IMG/VR virus record: IMGVR_UViG_3300027808_000075
Coordinates: 1 to 37,219 of that record
DNA length: 37,219 nt
Strand: one strand, 5' to 3'
Origin: a virus
Taxonomy: Duplodnaviria; Caudoviricetes
In this document: positions 1-10,353 of the stretch, in pieces
Position numbering within the stretch: the stretch's first letter is position 1
Layout of the letters: every line of letters begins with the position of its first letter
Made by a program: the position numbers and the translations under genes
Notes under the pieces: generated by a model
What the model was told of the DNA's origin: nothing
The model's input: only the letters and a program-made list of their open reading frames with translations
Database searches by the model: none

Positions 1-158
1 TGCACGAAGCGGAGCGCACAATGGGAGACCCGCAACTTTGGGATGAATACCAATCATACCTATCGGACGCGATGAGGAATATTGGCTGGATTTATCACGC
101 AACTGCCGCCCAACGCGCAGAAGCCTTTCTCAGAACACTGAACCTATGGACACCATGA
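1..158 (+). CDS. Partial (5'-truncated) small phage protein, ABA-sandwich-like family
   Basis: Manual translation from base 3: HEAERTMGDPQLWDEY...ATAAQRAEAFLRTLNLWTP*. The HEAE...ATAAQRAEAFL pattern is recurrent in small phage proteins. Its stop overlaps the next start (ATGA at 155-158). Confidence 0.6.
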   Translation, partial: HEAERTMGDPQLWDEYQSYLSDAMRNIGWIYHATAAQRAEAFLRTLNLWTP

Positions 159-517
159 AGAACGAAACTGAAATCTGGAGATCACGCGCTTTGGCGCACG
201 AAGAGAACTACTATCAAATGCTCAAGCGAGTTGACTCTTTGACCGAGCAACTGAGAGAGTCACAAGAATACGCTGACAAGTTGGTTGAACACAAAGACAT
301 GATTTGTCTGCCAAAAGATCTTGAGGTCTTGCGCGAAGCAAACCTAGGACTAGCCAAAGAAAATGCATTGTGGCAGGAGGAAGCCAAACGCTGGCGCGAC
401 ATGTATTTAGAATACGATGAGATGCTTGAGGAGCGAGTGAACGAAGCCGTCCAGAGACTTGAGAAAGTCTGGGACGGACTCGATGAGTTGAAGAAGAAAG
501 TCGAAGATGAGTATTGA
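155..517 (+). CDS. Coiled-coil hypothetical protein
   Basis: ORF track 146..517. Start at 155 preferred because of the ATGA overlap. Heptad-rich E/K/L composition. Confidence 0.7.
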   Translation: MKNETEIWRSRALAHEENYYQMLKRVDSLTEQLRESQEYADKLVEHKDMICLPKDLEVLREANLGLAKENALWQEEAKRWRDMYLEYDEMLEERVNEAVQRLEKVWDGLDELKKKVEDEY

Positions 518-710
518 GTTGCAGTGGTGCCGTCGATGCCAGCAGGATAAACTTAAGCGTGAGTTCTACGAGTGCCACCGAACCAGATGCATTAGTTGTC
601 TGAGCGAGATCAGAAAAGCACAATACGCTATACCCGAAAACCGAATCAAGAAACTTGAACAAGTAAGAAGATATGAAAACGCTATTCCCAAAGCAAAGAA
701 AGTCAGTTGA
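507..710 (+). CDS. Small Cys-rich Zn-finger protein resembling the N-terminus of phage HNH/EndoVII-type endonucleases
   Basis: CRRC...EFY...CISC motif. No nuclease domain follows. Overlaps the helicase start. Confidence 0.5.
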   Translation: MSIELQWCRRCQQDKLKREFYECHRTRCISCLSEIRKAQYAIPENRIKKLEQVRRYENAIPKAKKVS

Positions 711-1980
711 CTTCTTAAAAGAAGCACTACGCATACACCAAGGCGCATTAGATAGCAGCCAAACTGGGGTTGGGAAAACCGTTATCGCTAGCCATGTAGC
801 CTTAGAGTTTGGCAGTCCGGTCGTTGTCGTATGCCCTAAGATTGTGATCCCGCACTGGGAGCGCGAGTTCAAGGAGGTCGGCATCAAACCCCTTTTCATT
901 TTAAACTATGAGAAACTGAAACGGGGCAACGAGCACATCGTAAAGGTCGCTAAGAAGATTTATCGTTGGCAACTGCCGGAGGGCACTTTAATTATCTGGG
1001 ACGAGTGCCATAAGTGCAAAGCCCCATTTAGTCAGAACTCTCAGATGCTTGTCGCAGCGAAGCAAGCTGGATACTTCAACCTAATGCTCTCTGCTACCGC
1101 GTGCCAAGACCCCACAGAAATGAGATCTTTAGGTTTTGCCTTAGGTCTGCACTCGTTGAATAAGCCGGAGGGGCAGAAGAAAAGTTGGTTCTCTTGGATG
1201 ATGCAGTACGGCTGCAAGAGAGACCCTTGGAATAATTGGGTGGCTGGACCCGTACCAAAATTGGTACCTCTTAACCAGCAACTCTACTCCACCAACTGTG
1301 TAAAGCTGACACCTAAGGATCTGCCAAATGCTTTTACAGATAGTCATGTTATTACGGAACCACTCGCTTTCTCCTCGCTAACGGACATTGCTCGCTTCTA
1401 CAAACAACACGGAGTTACCCCAGAAATTGTAGACCAGTTCCTTGAAGATGGCGGTGCGTCACCCCATATTCTTGTAGAGATCCTCCGCGCCCGACAACTT
1501 GCCGAAGCTGCCAAAGTCTCCGATATCTTAGACATGATTGCAGACGCGTGTGCCGAAGGATACAGCGTTGCGGTGTTTGTAAACTTTACCGATACCGTCA
1601 AAGCTATTGCCGAATCCCTGCCAAACGCTTCCGTAATTGTCGGGGGGCAGACCGCAATGGTGCGAGAGGACAACATCCAACGGTTCCAAACGAACCAGAC
1701 GAACGTGATTATCTGCAACATCGCGGCAGGTGGAGTCGGCGTATCCCTGCACGATACGGAAGGTGGACACCCGAGGATGAGTCTCATCTCCCCCACGTTT
1801 AACGTGAAGGACTACATCCAAACCCTAGGGAGAATACATCGAGTTGGCGCGAAAAGCCCTGTGGTTCAACGGGTTCTGGTTGCCTCAAAAACAATCGAAG
1901 AAAAAATCGTTGACAAGCTGGAGAAAAAAAGATTGGCTCTGGACACGCTTCACGCGCAACAAGGGACACCAAACACATGA
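673..1980 (+). CDS. Superfamily 2 (SNF2-like) helicase
   Basis: Walker A QTGVGKT, DECH box, SAT motif III, AGGVGVSL motif V, QTLGRIHRVG motif VI. Confidence 0.92.
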   Translation: MKTLFPKQRKSVDFLKEALRIHQGALDSSQTGVGKTVIASHVALEFGSPVVVVCPKIVIPHWEREFKEVGIKPLFILNYEKLKRGNEHIVKVAKKIYRWQLPEGTLIIWDECHKCKAPFSQNSQMLVAAKQAGYFNLMLSATACQDPTEMRSLGFALGLHSLNKPEGQKKSWFSWMMQYGCKRDPWNNWVAGPVPKLVPLNQQLYSTNCVKLTPKDLPNAFTDSHVITEPLAFSSLTDIARFYKQHGVTPEIVDQFLEDGGASPHILVEILRARQLAEAAKVSDILDMIADACAEGYSVAVFVNFTDTVKAIAESLPNASVIVGGQTAMVREDNIQRFQTNQTNVIICNIAAGGVGVSLHDTEGGHPRMSLISPTFNVKDYIQTLGRIHRVGAKSPVVQRVLVASKTIEEKIVDKLEKKRLALDTLHAQQGTPNT

Positions 1981-2210
1981 GCACAGACACAACATTCAGT
2001 GAACTTAAAAAAGCAAACAAAACCGTTGCTGGCAAACACACCGCACAGGTTACTCTAATCGATTTTATGGCTGGTATTGCCTTTTTAGGTTACGCCTTCA
2101 ATAAATTTGAGAATCTTAGCGTTCCTGAAGGTAGCACATTGGGCGAAGAAGTAAGTCGCGAAAGCTACGAATGGGCAAAGGCGATGTGCGAAGCTAAAAA
2201 GAACATTTAA
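1977..2210 (+). CDS. Hypothetical protein
   Basis: 77 aa. ATGA overlap with the helicase and 1 nt from the next start. Confidence 0.7.
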   Translation: MSTDTTFSELKKANKTVAGKHTAQVTLIDFMAGIAFLGYAFNKFENLSVPEGSTLGEEVSRESYEWAKAMCEAKKNI

Positions 2211-2211
2211 T

Positions 2212-3345
2212 ATGAACACCGTAGACCACTCCGAACGCGCACACGCTGAATTTGGCCCTTCATCTTTGAAGTATTACTCCATCTGTTCCGGCTATCACGG
2301 TAAAGATGGAACAAATCCTGCCGCTGAAATGGGAACCCGTATCCACGAAGCCCTTGAGGTAAGGGATACGAGTGCCCTACACAACGAAGAAGAGGTCCAG
2401 ATATACGAGCGTATGCTTGCCGAAGAACTCGAAACCTTTGACAATGTGTTTGGGGGTGTTGAGGGGGTGACCATTAAACGAGAAATGCGACTGGTGCTCG
2501 ACCTTGACTGCAAGACACCAACCTTCGGAACGTCTGACATCGTAGCGTGGAAGGGCAACGTCGGTCTTCAGATTGACTACAAGACAGGCATTAGCAAGAT
2601 TGACTCGCCAAACTCCAACTGGCAGGCGAAAGCTTATGTACTTGCTACATTCCAAATGTTCCCGCACCTTGATACTGTTCACTTTGCTTTCTTAGTTCCT
2701 AAGCGCAATGAGATTCTTATCGGTCGCTTTGAGCGGAGCGGGATGGATCAACTCCGCAAAGAGATCTCTGATGTCATTATCGCCGCTGAGACCACACGAC
2801 CTAAGTGGGGCAACAAGACCATCGATCTGGATGACCTCAACCCCTCCGTGAACTGCCGCTTCTGCCGCCACGAAGAACACTGCCCCGCATTGGGTGCCGT
2901 TGCTATTGAGGTGGTGCGGAGATATCGACCTGACCTTTTGCCGGATGGGCCAATCGCCGCAAGCGAGATCGAGGACACAGAGACGATTGAAAAACTTTAT
3001 ATCGTAGCTAAGATCGTCGAGAACTGGGCATCCGGCATCAAGCATAAAGCAACCGGAATGGCACACGATGGTGTTGAGTTTGAATCACTTAAACTGAAAT
3101 CAATGGGGGCACTTAAGAAAACTAAAGAGAAAAATTATCTTGCCCAACTCGCAGTTCGTCACGGTTTGGACTTGACGGAAGTAATTGAGGCAGCAGACTT
3201 GACCCTCAACCAACTCTCAAAGGTGCTGCACGAAAAGGCTCCGAAAGGAAAAAAATCTTTTATCGTTGACAGCTTCGAAAAAGAAGCTATTGATCTGGGC
3301 ATCGTTGAGGTTGGTCCTACACGATACACACTTTCCTCCAAATGA
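2212..3345 (+). CDS. Cas4-like PD-(D/E)XK exonuclease (DUF2800-type)
   Basis: HAEFGPSS, AEMGTRIHE, GTSD...IDYKTG, NWQAKAY and C-terminal CRFC...CP. Typical position before SSB/PolA. Confidence 0.85.
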   Translation: MNTVDHSERAHAEFGPSSLKYYSICSGYHGKDGTNPAAEMGTRIHEALEVRDTSALHNEEEVQIYERMLAEELETFDNVFGGVEGVTIKREMRLVLDLDCKTPTFGTSDIVAWKGNVGLQIDYKTGISKIDSPNSNWQAKAYVLATFQMFPHLDTVHFAFLVPKRNEILIGRFERSGMDQLRKEISDVIIAAETTRPKWGNKTIDLDDLNPSVNCRFCRHEEHCPALGAVAIEVVRRYRPDLLPDGPIAASEIEDTETIEKLYIVAKIVENWASGIKHKATGMAHDGVEFESLKLKSMGALKKTKEKNYLAQLAVRHGLDLTEVIEAADLTLNQLSKVLHEKAPKGKKSFIVDSFEKEAIDLGIVEVGPTRYTLSSK

Positions 3346-3417
3346 GGAGACTGGGAGTTACGGTTGTCCCCATTAGTAAGCATACGCAACAACCGATCTT
3401 AAACAGAAACTGAAACC

Positions 3418-4077
3418 ATGAGTAGTAAAGCAGAAACCGCAAACGTAGTAGTGAAAGAAACCGAAGCACTGGCGACCCCCGCCAACAATAGTATGTCCTT
3501 CTCCGCACAGGATATCGACATCCCCCGTCTTAATGTCATCCAAAAGATGTCTGAGATCAAGGGCCCTATTGGTGCTGTTGTCATCGATCAGGATTCCGTG
3601 TTGCTTGAGGCCGAACAGAAAACACCCGTCGTCGTGATTGGTGCCACTAAACGGTGGAAAGAGAACGTCCCATTTGGTGAAGACTACATCCCGAAGATTG
3701 TTTCCTCGGAGTCTGAAGCAAAGGAACTCGCCAACGATAGCTCGTATGAGGTCATTGAGTTTGCAGAAATTATTCTGCTAATCCCACAGACCGGAGACGA
3801 TGATAGTTTGTTCCCGTATCCAATTGGGGAGGGGAACTATCAAATCGGGCGTATCACAGTACAGAAGGATGCCTATCGTTTGACGTATAAGCGTCTGTTC
3901 ACCTTCCAGACATTCAACCCAGATATCTCAGTCGCTACTCGCTTCTGGAGCTTTGGGACCGAATTGATGTCTAAGGGTAAGTATAGCTGGTATGTGCCTA
4001 CCTTGAGCATTACGAAGGAGAATGCTCCAGCCGAAGCTATCGATTTCGCAAACCGCCTAACGAAAGGATCAAACTAA
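3418..4077 (+). CDS. Probable single-stranded DNA-binding/annealing protein
   Basis: Lies between the exonuclease and PolA. DIDIPRLNVIQKMS N-terminal motif and KGKYSWYVP C-terminal motif as seen in phage SSB-like proteins. Confidence 0.55.
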   Translation: MSSKAETANVVVKETEALATPANNSMSFSAQDIDIPRLNVIQKMSEIKGPIGAVVIDQDSVLLEAEQKTPVVVIGATKRWKENVPFGEDYIPKIVSSESEAKELANDSSYEVIEFAEIILLIPQTGDDDSLFPYPIGEGNYQIGRITVQKDAYRLTYKRLFTFQTFNPDISVATRFWSFGTELMSKGKYSWYVPTLSITKENAPAEAIDFANRLTKGSN

Positions 4078-4310
4078 TGGAAGCTCTACAGAACCCGTTG
4101 GCTATTCTGAAACGTGAAGCTGATTCAATCCGTGCTGTCATCAAGACCATTGATGGCAACATCGTTGAGTTGCAAAACCAGATCGTAGAAGTCTCAGTCC
4201 AAAAAGCATCGCTCACTCTTGTTGCACAAGCAATTGATAACGAGATGGATCGTATCCGTGTGTCGAACCCCATTGTCGAACAACTGGAGTTTGAACTAGA
4301 CCCTGAATAA
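4077..4310 (+). CDS. Coiled-coil hypothetical protein
   Basis: 77 aa, TAATG coupling, heptad pattern. Confidence 0.7.
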   Translation: MEALQNPLAILKREADSIRAVIKTIDGNIVELQNQIVEVSVQKASLTLVAQAIDNEMDRIRVSNPIVEQLEFELDPE

Positions 4311-4317
4311 TAAACCA

Positions 4318-4356
4318 ACCCTGCACGATAAACCGCTTAAGTTTATCGTGCAGGGT
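4318..4356 (+). terminator. Long stem-loop, likely intrinsic terminator or processing site
   Basis: ACCCTGCACGATAAAC-cgcttaa-GTTTATCGTGCAGGGT is a perfect 16-bp stem just after a stop codon, followed by CTCTTT. Confidence 0.7.
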
Positions 4357-4408
4357 CTCTTTACGCCTTGAAACTGGAATCAGAATACCAACAAACCAAC
4401 AAACTAAA

Positions 4409-4945
4409 ATGAACCAACACACCAAAACGAACATGCATATAGTATACGGACCATCTATGAGTGGTAAAACATTGAATGCGGAGGGAATTATGAAACTCAT
4501 TGGTTGCGATGCAGTCTATGATTGGAACGAACAATTATTCATCCGCCGCGCCCTCGATTCTGGATCGAACGTACTTGTCCTAGCCCACGAAAAGAACCCT
4601 CTCGTATTCAAAGGTAGAGGACTATCTGGTCTTTTTGACGGTGCTATCGCAACGTCAATCGAGGTTATTCGTCATGTCATGGCAGACGAGTGGCTAACTG
4701 ATGAGAAGAAGAAGAAGGGAAAATATATGGTCAATCAATATGTGTCTTTATTCCACCAAAGCTGGAACTTCGTTACGACTGTACGCAACGGAAAAAACAT
4801 TATGGAATTCCAATCGAAAGAAGAAGCTGAGAAGTGGATTGCGGATCACCAGTTTGTTAGCGACCCCCATGACGTAATTAAGAAAATTAGTTACCAAGCT
4901 ACACGCTTTTACCTACCGCGTAAACCAACCAAATACCAACCATGA
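4409..4945 (+). CDS. Hypothetical protein with N-terminal P-loop
   Basis: HIVYGPSMSGKT Walker A-like motif. ATGA overlap with PolA. Confidence 0.6.
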   Translation: MNQHTKTNMHIVYGPSMSGKTLNAEGIMKLIGCDAVYDWNEQLFIRRALDSGSNVLVLAHEKNPLVFKGRGLSGLFDGAIATSIEVIRHVMADEWLTDEKKKKGKYMVNQYVSLFHQSWNFVTTVRNGKNIMEFQSKEEAEKWIADHQFVSDPHDVIKKISYQATRFYLPRKPTKYQP

Positions 4946-6711
4946 AAACATACGCACTAGACTTTGAGTCCTATTACGATAGCGACTGCTCCATCACAAC
5001 CCTCGGCCCGAGAGGTTATTTCTCCCATCCGGCATTCGATGCCTATATGGTTACCGTTGTAGGAGAGGAGGGACAAACCTATGCAGGACACCCCAAGAAC
5101 TTTAATTGGGATTCACTTAGGGGTAACAACGTAGTGATGCACAACGCATCGTTCGACGAATCGCTCTACCTTTACGGGGTTGAACAAGGATGGTATCAGA
5201 AGGTAGACTTTAACTGCTACTGCACTGCTGACATGGTAGCCTTCTTAGGCTTGCCGAGGTCACTCAAGAACGCCACAGCGGCAGTCTTCGGCACTGAAAT
5301 CACGAAGACCACACGGGATAACATGAAAGGCAAGCAGTGGGGTAACATGACTGAGGACTTCAAGAAAGAAGTCAAAGAGTATGCCATCAAGGACGCTGAA
5401 CTCTGTTTGAAGCTGTGGCAGGAACTGTCGCATAAGTGGCCGGAATCGGAACGCCGGATCAGTCATGTGAACCGTAAAGTGGGTCAGCGTGGACTCCCTA
5501 TTGACACCGACCTCTTGCAGAAGAACCTGAGTCAGATCAAAACAGAACTATTTGAAGCAGAGCAAAGCATCCCGTGGATCGGAGACTACACCCCCCTGTC
5601 CCGCAAAGCGTTTAATGAGCAATGCCGCAAGCAAGGAATCACGCCACCATCCTCGCTCGCTCAAGATAGCGAAGAGGCCGATGCGTGGTTTGCTGCACAT
5701 CAACAAGCCTGTCCTTGGGCGCGTGCTGTTCAAAGCTATCGCCGGATCAACGCCTTCCTCCGCAAGCTTGAAGCTTTCGATGCCGGAACCATGCCCGACG
5801 GTCGCTATTACGGTGGGCTTATGTATTGCGGGGCGAACCCCACGGCTCGCTTCAGCGGTAGTGGCGGTAACCTGAACCTGCAAAATCTACCGAGAGACGC
5901 TATGTTCGGGGTCAACTTCCGACACATGATTAAACCAAAGGACGGATATAAGCTTATCGTGGTTGACTTGTCACAGATCGAAGTCCGCACCCTTTGCTGG
6001 CTTTCAAAAGACACGAAAGCCCTAAACCTGATTCGGGAATCCGATGACATCTACCATGCGTTCGGTGTGTTGTTGGGTCTGCACGATCCGGCTAACGGCC
6101 AACTTAGGGAATACGATAAGGCACTACGGCACAAGGTGAAGTCAATCGTCTTAGGCTGCGGATACGGGATGGGACCAAACAAGTTCTCCGTATTCAGCAA
6201 CATGCCAATGGCTGAAGCAGAGGTTGCCGTTAAGACGTATCGCGATAAGATGTCCACCGTCGTCAAATACTGGCGCAGTCTGGATCAGGATATGGTGATG
6301 GCATATAATCTTGAAGAACCTTTTGGTTTGGATCTACCGTCTGGCCGCTCTATGCAATACGGCAAGCTCAAACGGATGAAGGAGACAGGCGGAATGAATC
6401 GTTTCCGCTACATCGGCAAACTAGTCCGCAACGGCCAGATGCGCGACTTCGCCCTATGGGGCGGGATCTTAACGGAAAATATGTCTCAAGGATTAGCCCG
6501 AGATATTTTCTCAGACATGATGATTCGTGTTGACGCTGCTGGCTATCCTGTAATTCTCCACGTCCATGACGAAATGGTCTGCGAGGTTCCTGAAGAGCAC
6601 GCAGAGCAAGCCCTTTCCGATATCCTTAAAATCATGCACACAGCACCGTCATGGATTCCTGACATTCCTGTTGCCGCTGAAGGAGAAATCTTAGACTTTT
6701 ACACCAAATGA
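4942..6711 (+). CDS. polA: Family A DNA polymerase with 3'-5' exonuclease domain
   Basis: ExoI LDFE, HNASFD and YAIKD. TARFSG...NLQNLP, motif A DLSQIEVR, motif B RHKVKSIVLGCGYG, motif C HVHDE. Confidence 0.96.
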   Translation: MKTYALDFESYYDSDCSITTLGPRGYFSHPAFDAYMVTVVGEEGQTYAGHPKNFNWDSLRGNNVVMHNASFDESLYLYGVEQGWYQKVDFNCYCTADMVAFLGLPRSLKNATAAVFGTEITKTTRDNMKGKQWGNMTEDFKKEVKEYAIKDAELCLKLWQELSHKWPESERRISHVNRKVGQRGLPIDTDLLQKNLSQIKTELFEAEQSIPWIGDYTPLSRKAFNEQCRKQGITPPSSLAQDSEEADAWFAAHQQACPWARAVQSYRRINAFLRKLEAFDAGTMPDGRYYGGLMYCGANPTARFSGSGGNLNLQNLPRDAMFGVNFRHMIKPKDGYKLIVVDLSQIEVRTLCWLSKDTKALNLIRESDDIYHAFGVLLGLHDPANGQLREYDKALRHKVKSIVLGCGYGMGPNKFSVFSNMPMAEAEVAVKTYRDKMSTVVKYWRSLDQDMVMAYNLEEPFGLDLPSGRSMQYGKLKRMKETGGMNRFRYIGKLVRNGQMRDFALWGGILTENMSQGLARDIFSDMMIRVDAAGYPVILHVHDEMVCEVPEEHAEQALSDILKIMHTAPSWIPDIPVAAEGEILDFYTK

Positions 6712-8867
6712 AATACCGCTACCTCAAAAACAACCGCGCCGTCGTTACGGCGGCAACTGATGACTTATCAACCCTTACGCATACATGCCCGACATTCGCG
6801 AATAAAGCGGAATACCGAGAGTGGTGTGCTAAGGATTCAACAGACCATTGCTTTTATTCAATGGCTGAAGGCGACTCCCCAAACGCTAGGATTAGCACAG
6901 AGAACCCTGTCAACAAGATTCACGGCTTTGTCGCGGACTTTGATGACGTTCCCGTCGATTGGAATACAATCGATCAAGTGCTTAAGACTCGATGCGACGG
7001 ATCACCCATGCCAACATGGAGGTCCAAAACCTATTCCGGTTTCGTGCGCCTCGTATGGGAGTTCGACTCACCGCTTCCTATCGCGCCAGATATTGCGCCC
7101 GCTTTCTTGAAGCGGCTCTGCGATGCCCTGAAAGCTTCGATGCTCTTAGGCGGGTTTGATAAGACAAGCCTCAAGCCGTCTCAGTACTTTGAGATCGGGA
7201 CTAATTGGACTAAGATCGGAGACCAGATCCCGATTAACTTTGCCCGAACAATCTTACTTAAAGCCGCAAATGATACGCCGATTAGGACATCGGATACGAA
7301 TGTTCCGCTTGATGATATCGCTGCCGAAGTCTTACGTAAGTTCCCAAATAGATGGAAGGGTGATTTCGTAGTCGGTGCAAGGGGTCCGCTATTCTGGATT
7401 GATGATGGCATCGACCGTGACGGCTGTCAGGTTCGAGAAGACGGCATGATCTGCTATTCTGACCGTGCCGGAAAAGGGTTCGCATCATGGCGTGAAATCT
7501 TGGGCAAGAAGTTCCTCGACCAGTTTGAGGAGAAGAAACTGTCTCACCTTATTAACCAATACTGGTTTAATGGTAAGAACTATTACAAACTCCTTGACGG
7601 TAGTCCGGTAGCTATCCCAAAAGATCAGCTTATTCTGGAACTACGAAAGGCTGGTTTCTGCCCTAAGATGAAGAAGAACCAGACGATCACCGAGATTGAG
7701 CAGGCTATCCTCTCTATCTCAAATGATTGCCGTGTCGAGGAAGTCGCACCAGTTGTGTTCTCAAAGGACCGCGTGGTCTGCTTCAACGGTCGCAAGATCC
7801 TCAATAACTGTAGGGCTGTTCCGGTTCAACCTGCGGACAACGGAGATCCAGCCAACTGGCCTTGGATTCACCAGTTCGTAATCCCGTTCTTCGCGGATGA
7901 TGACAACGGAAACTCGACGCTACCCTACTTCCTTGCATGGTATCAGCGGCTCTATTTGGCTATCCTTAACCATCGGCTCGACCAAGGACAACTGTTTATC
8001 CTATTGGGGCCAACGGGGCACGGCAAGACGCTACTGACCAACAAGATTATTGGTGCCTCAGTCGGCGGGTTTAGTGATGCTTCGGATTACTTGTCGGGCA
8101 AAACAAACTTCAACCGCGATCTCTGCGGCTCTGCTGCTTGGGTTATCGACGACCAAACTGCTGCGGCAACCTATGCAGACCAGCGTAAATTCGTGGAACT
8201 TACGAAGCGTTGCGTAGCCAATCCTAGGCTTGAGTATCACGCTAAGTATGCGGACGCTATCCCGCTGCCGTGGTCCGGTCGCGTCATGATGTCTCTTAAC
8301 CTCGACGCAAACTCCCTTGCTGCACTGCCGTCATTGGATAGCAGCAACCGAGACAAGATCATTGCGTTGCGTATCAGTGGCGGGCACAAGGTAAAGTTTG
8401 GGTCAAACGACTTTGTCGAAAGCACAATTGCCACAGAGTTGCCCTACTTCCTTAAGTGGCTTATTGATTGGAAAGCTCCGCTTGAGGTTAAGGATTCAAG
8501 TCGCTTCGGGGTCAAAACCTACATCGACTCGTTTATTGAAGCAGCGGCCTATGACAATAGCTCACGTTCAGCGATTGCTGAAATGGTGGAGTTCTTCGCT
8601 AAGAAGGTCCGTGAGTATACCGAAAGACCCAAATGGCGTGGCACGCTTACCGAGTTCACTGTCGTCCTGCACGAATCAAACGGTGGCCGTAGCGTCGGCA
8701 ACAGCAACAACCTTGAGTTTGTGCGTAGGGGCATGACGGTCCTTGAGGAGGTCAGCAAGCACAACAAAGGTATTCGACCCGTCCGAAGCAGGGGTGACGG
8801 TGGGGGTAAAGTATGGGAGATCGATCTGTCTAAGGACTTCGATATCGACAAGGGCGACGACTTCTAA
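6708..8867 (+). CDS. Primase(-polymerase) fused to an SF3 helicase (DUF5906-like)
   Basis: N-terminal GFVADFD and SKTYSGFVRLVW. C-terminal GPTGHGKT Walker A, WVIDD Walker B and MMSLN. Confidence 0.8.
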   Translation: MKYRYLKNNRAVVTAATDDLSTLTHTCPTFANKAEYREWCAKDSTDHCFYSMAEGDSPNARISTENPVNKIHGFVADFDDVPVDWNTIDQVLKTRCDGSPMPTWRSKTYSGFVRLVWEFDSPLPIAPDIAPAFLKRLCDALKASMLLGGFDKTSLKPSQYFEIGTNWTKIGDQIPINFARTILLKAANDTPIRTSDTNVPLDDIAAEVLRKFPNRWKGDFVVGARGPLFWIDDGIDRDGCQVREDGMICYSDRAGKGFASWREILGKKFLDQFEEKKLSHLINQYWFNGKNYYKLLDGSPVAIPKDQLILELRKAGFCPKMKKNQTITEIEQAILSISNDCRVEEVAPVVFSKDRVVCFNGRKILNNCRAVPVQPADNGDPANWPWIHQFVIPFFADDDNGNSTLPYFLAWYQRLYLAILNHRLDQGQLFILLGPTGHGKTLLTNKIIGASVGGFSDASDYLSGKTNFNRDLCGSAAWVIDDQTAAATYADQRKFVELTKRCVANPRLEYHAKYADAIPLPWSGRVMMSLNLDANSLAALPSLDSSNRDKIIALRISGGHKVKFGSNDFVESTIATELPYFLKWLIDWKAPLEVKDSSRFGVKTYIDSFIEAAAYDNSSRSAIAEMVEFFAKKVREYTERPKWRGTLTEFTVVLHESNGGRSVGNSNNLEFVRRGMTVLEEVSKHNKGIRPVRSRGDGGGKVWEIDLSKDFDIDKGDDF

Positions 8868-9391
8868 ATCGCAATACGCTTCTTCGTCAACTTAAGCGTT
8901 GGCGGATAAAGCTCCGAGATTGGCAACGTGAACTCATCAGCAAAGGAAAGTTTTCCATCGCTGGGGTCCACGTTGCCTTTTGGTAGGAACACTGCACGCT
9001 CAATAAACTCACGGGCAGGCATCCAACCGATAATAGTAGCCAAAGTCATTTGTTGGTTACACCTAACGAAATAGTAAACATTACATTTGCTACACAGCTT
9101 TTCCTTATTGGCCTCGCTACCGTACACACGGGCAACATAATGGGGTTCGGGGACGGCTGCGGCTTTTGTGGTCTTGACATCAATAGTTATTTTGTTGGGC
9201 AGCATAATATCGTAAGCTGGATTAACAGCACCGACACGCTCCCCGCCAATGATCTCTTGCACAAGGATTTCACCCATCATGCCGATCTCATTGCCTGCTC
9301 CTCTTGTAATTGACTTATACAAGACCCCCATTTGTTTAGCCTCAAGACGCGCCTGTTTACGGTTCGCGTCCGAGGGTGTGATGACTTTCAT
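8864..9391 (-). CDS. PD-(D/E)XK-type endonuclease-like protein
   Basis: GMMGE...YD...IDVKT motif. Convergent with the primase (4-nt overlap). Confidence 0.6.
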   Translation of the reverse strand: MKVITPSDANRKQARLEAKQMGVLYKSITRGAGNEIGMMGEILVQEIIGGERVGAVNPAYDIMLPNKITIDVKTTKAAAVPEPHYVARVYGSEANKEKLCSKCNVYYFVRCNQQMTLATIIGWMPAREFIERAVFLPKGNVDPSDGKLSFADEFTLPISELYPPTLKLTKKRIAI

Positions 9392-10332
9392 TAGTAAAGT
9401 TGATACAGGCGACTTTGCGATCCAGTCCCATACGGATCGATATTGAGTCGCGGGATAGCTGCCCCCCTACTGGAGTTAGCTTCTTCCTCCATTAAAAGCA
9501 TACACTGGTTCCAATGGTATTGGGCTCGCTCAATGTCGGCGTTGTCCTCCATCAGGCGACCTAAGAGTCCTTGCTTGATTGCGCCGATATTGCCTACGTG
9601 CACAATTTCATTGTCGTTACGCAAAAGCTGGAATGCCCGCTTGCAAAGCACATGCACTACGGTCTGACCATCGGTAGCCCCATTGATTCTGAATCGGCGG
9701 TAACGGGTTACGCCGCTGTCTGGACCGATTGTTGCAATAGTGGTATTGCTCTCTAAAGCCGTTGTGCGGAGGTCAAAAGATCCGGTCAGGCTGTCATACC
9801 GAACACTCACAATGCTTGTAACGGGCGTATCAAAATTGATACGGTATGGGCCTGTAAGCAAAACCCCAGTATAAAATTGGTCTCCGTCGCTACCGACTAC
9901 TTCGATTACGCTGCCGTCGTCCGGTGAAAAGGTGTGGGCGATACTGGAACCGGATGCGGATACGATGTACAGGTCTTCTACAGGCGCGGCAAAAAGCTGT
10001 TTGGTGGGGGCGTAGCCAGCATCAATCAAACCCCATTGGGTGGTGGCGTTATTGGAAAGGTTGCCGATGCCTACGGATTTAAAGTCATGCCACAAGGACC
10101 GAACGGGAACAGGAAACCCGTCAACCATTGTATGCAATACCGAATCGGCGTCGTCTGGGAGGGTGACGCAGCCATCGACTACGGGCAAACTATACTGCAC
10201 AGTAAGATCACGATAGATCCCCATATTGTAAATACGGGAAAGCACTTGATTTAGGCTGGACTTAAAGTCGCCATCAGGCTCAACGTATGAGTTGAGCATC
10301 GGCGCAAGTTGGCTAAGGGTATAGGCGGGCAT
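9391..10332 (-). CDS. Probable head-tail adaptor / tail tubular A-like virion protein
   Basis: Helical N-terminus (LNQVLSRIY), TLP.D...V motif, beta-rich middle and helical C-terminus. Located in the structural block. Confidence 0.5.
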   Translation of the reverse strand: MPAYTLSQLAPMLNSYVEPDGDFKSSLNQVLSRIYNMGIYRDLTVQYSLPVVDGCVTLPDDADSVLHTMVDGFPVPVRSLWHDFKSVGIGNLSNNATTQWGLIDAGYAPTKQLFAAPVEDLYIVSASGSSIAHTFSPDDGSVIEVVGSDGDQFYTGVLLTGPYRINFDTPVTSIVSVRYDSLTGSFDLRTTALESNTTIATIGPDSGVTRYRRFRINGATDGQTVVHVLCKRAFQLLRNDNEIVHVGNIGAIKQGLLGRLMEDNADIERAQYHWNQCMLLMEEEANSSRGAAIPRLNIDPYGTGSQSRLYQLY

Positions 10333-10353
10333 TGGTTCTTTTTTGTTGAGGCT

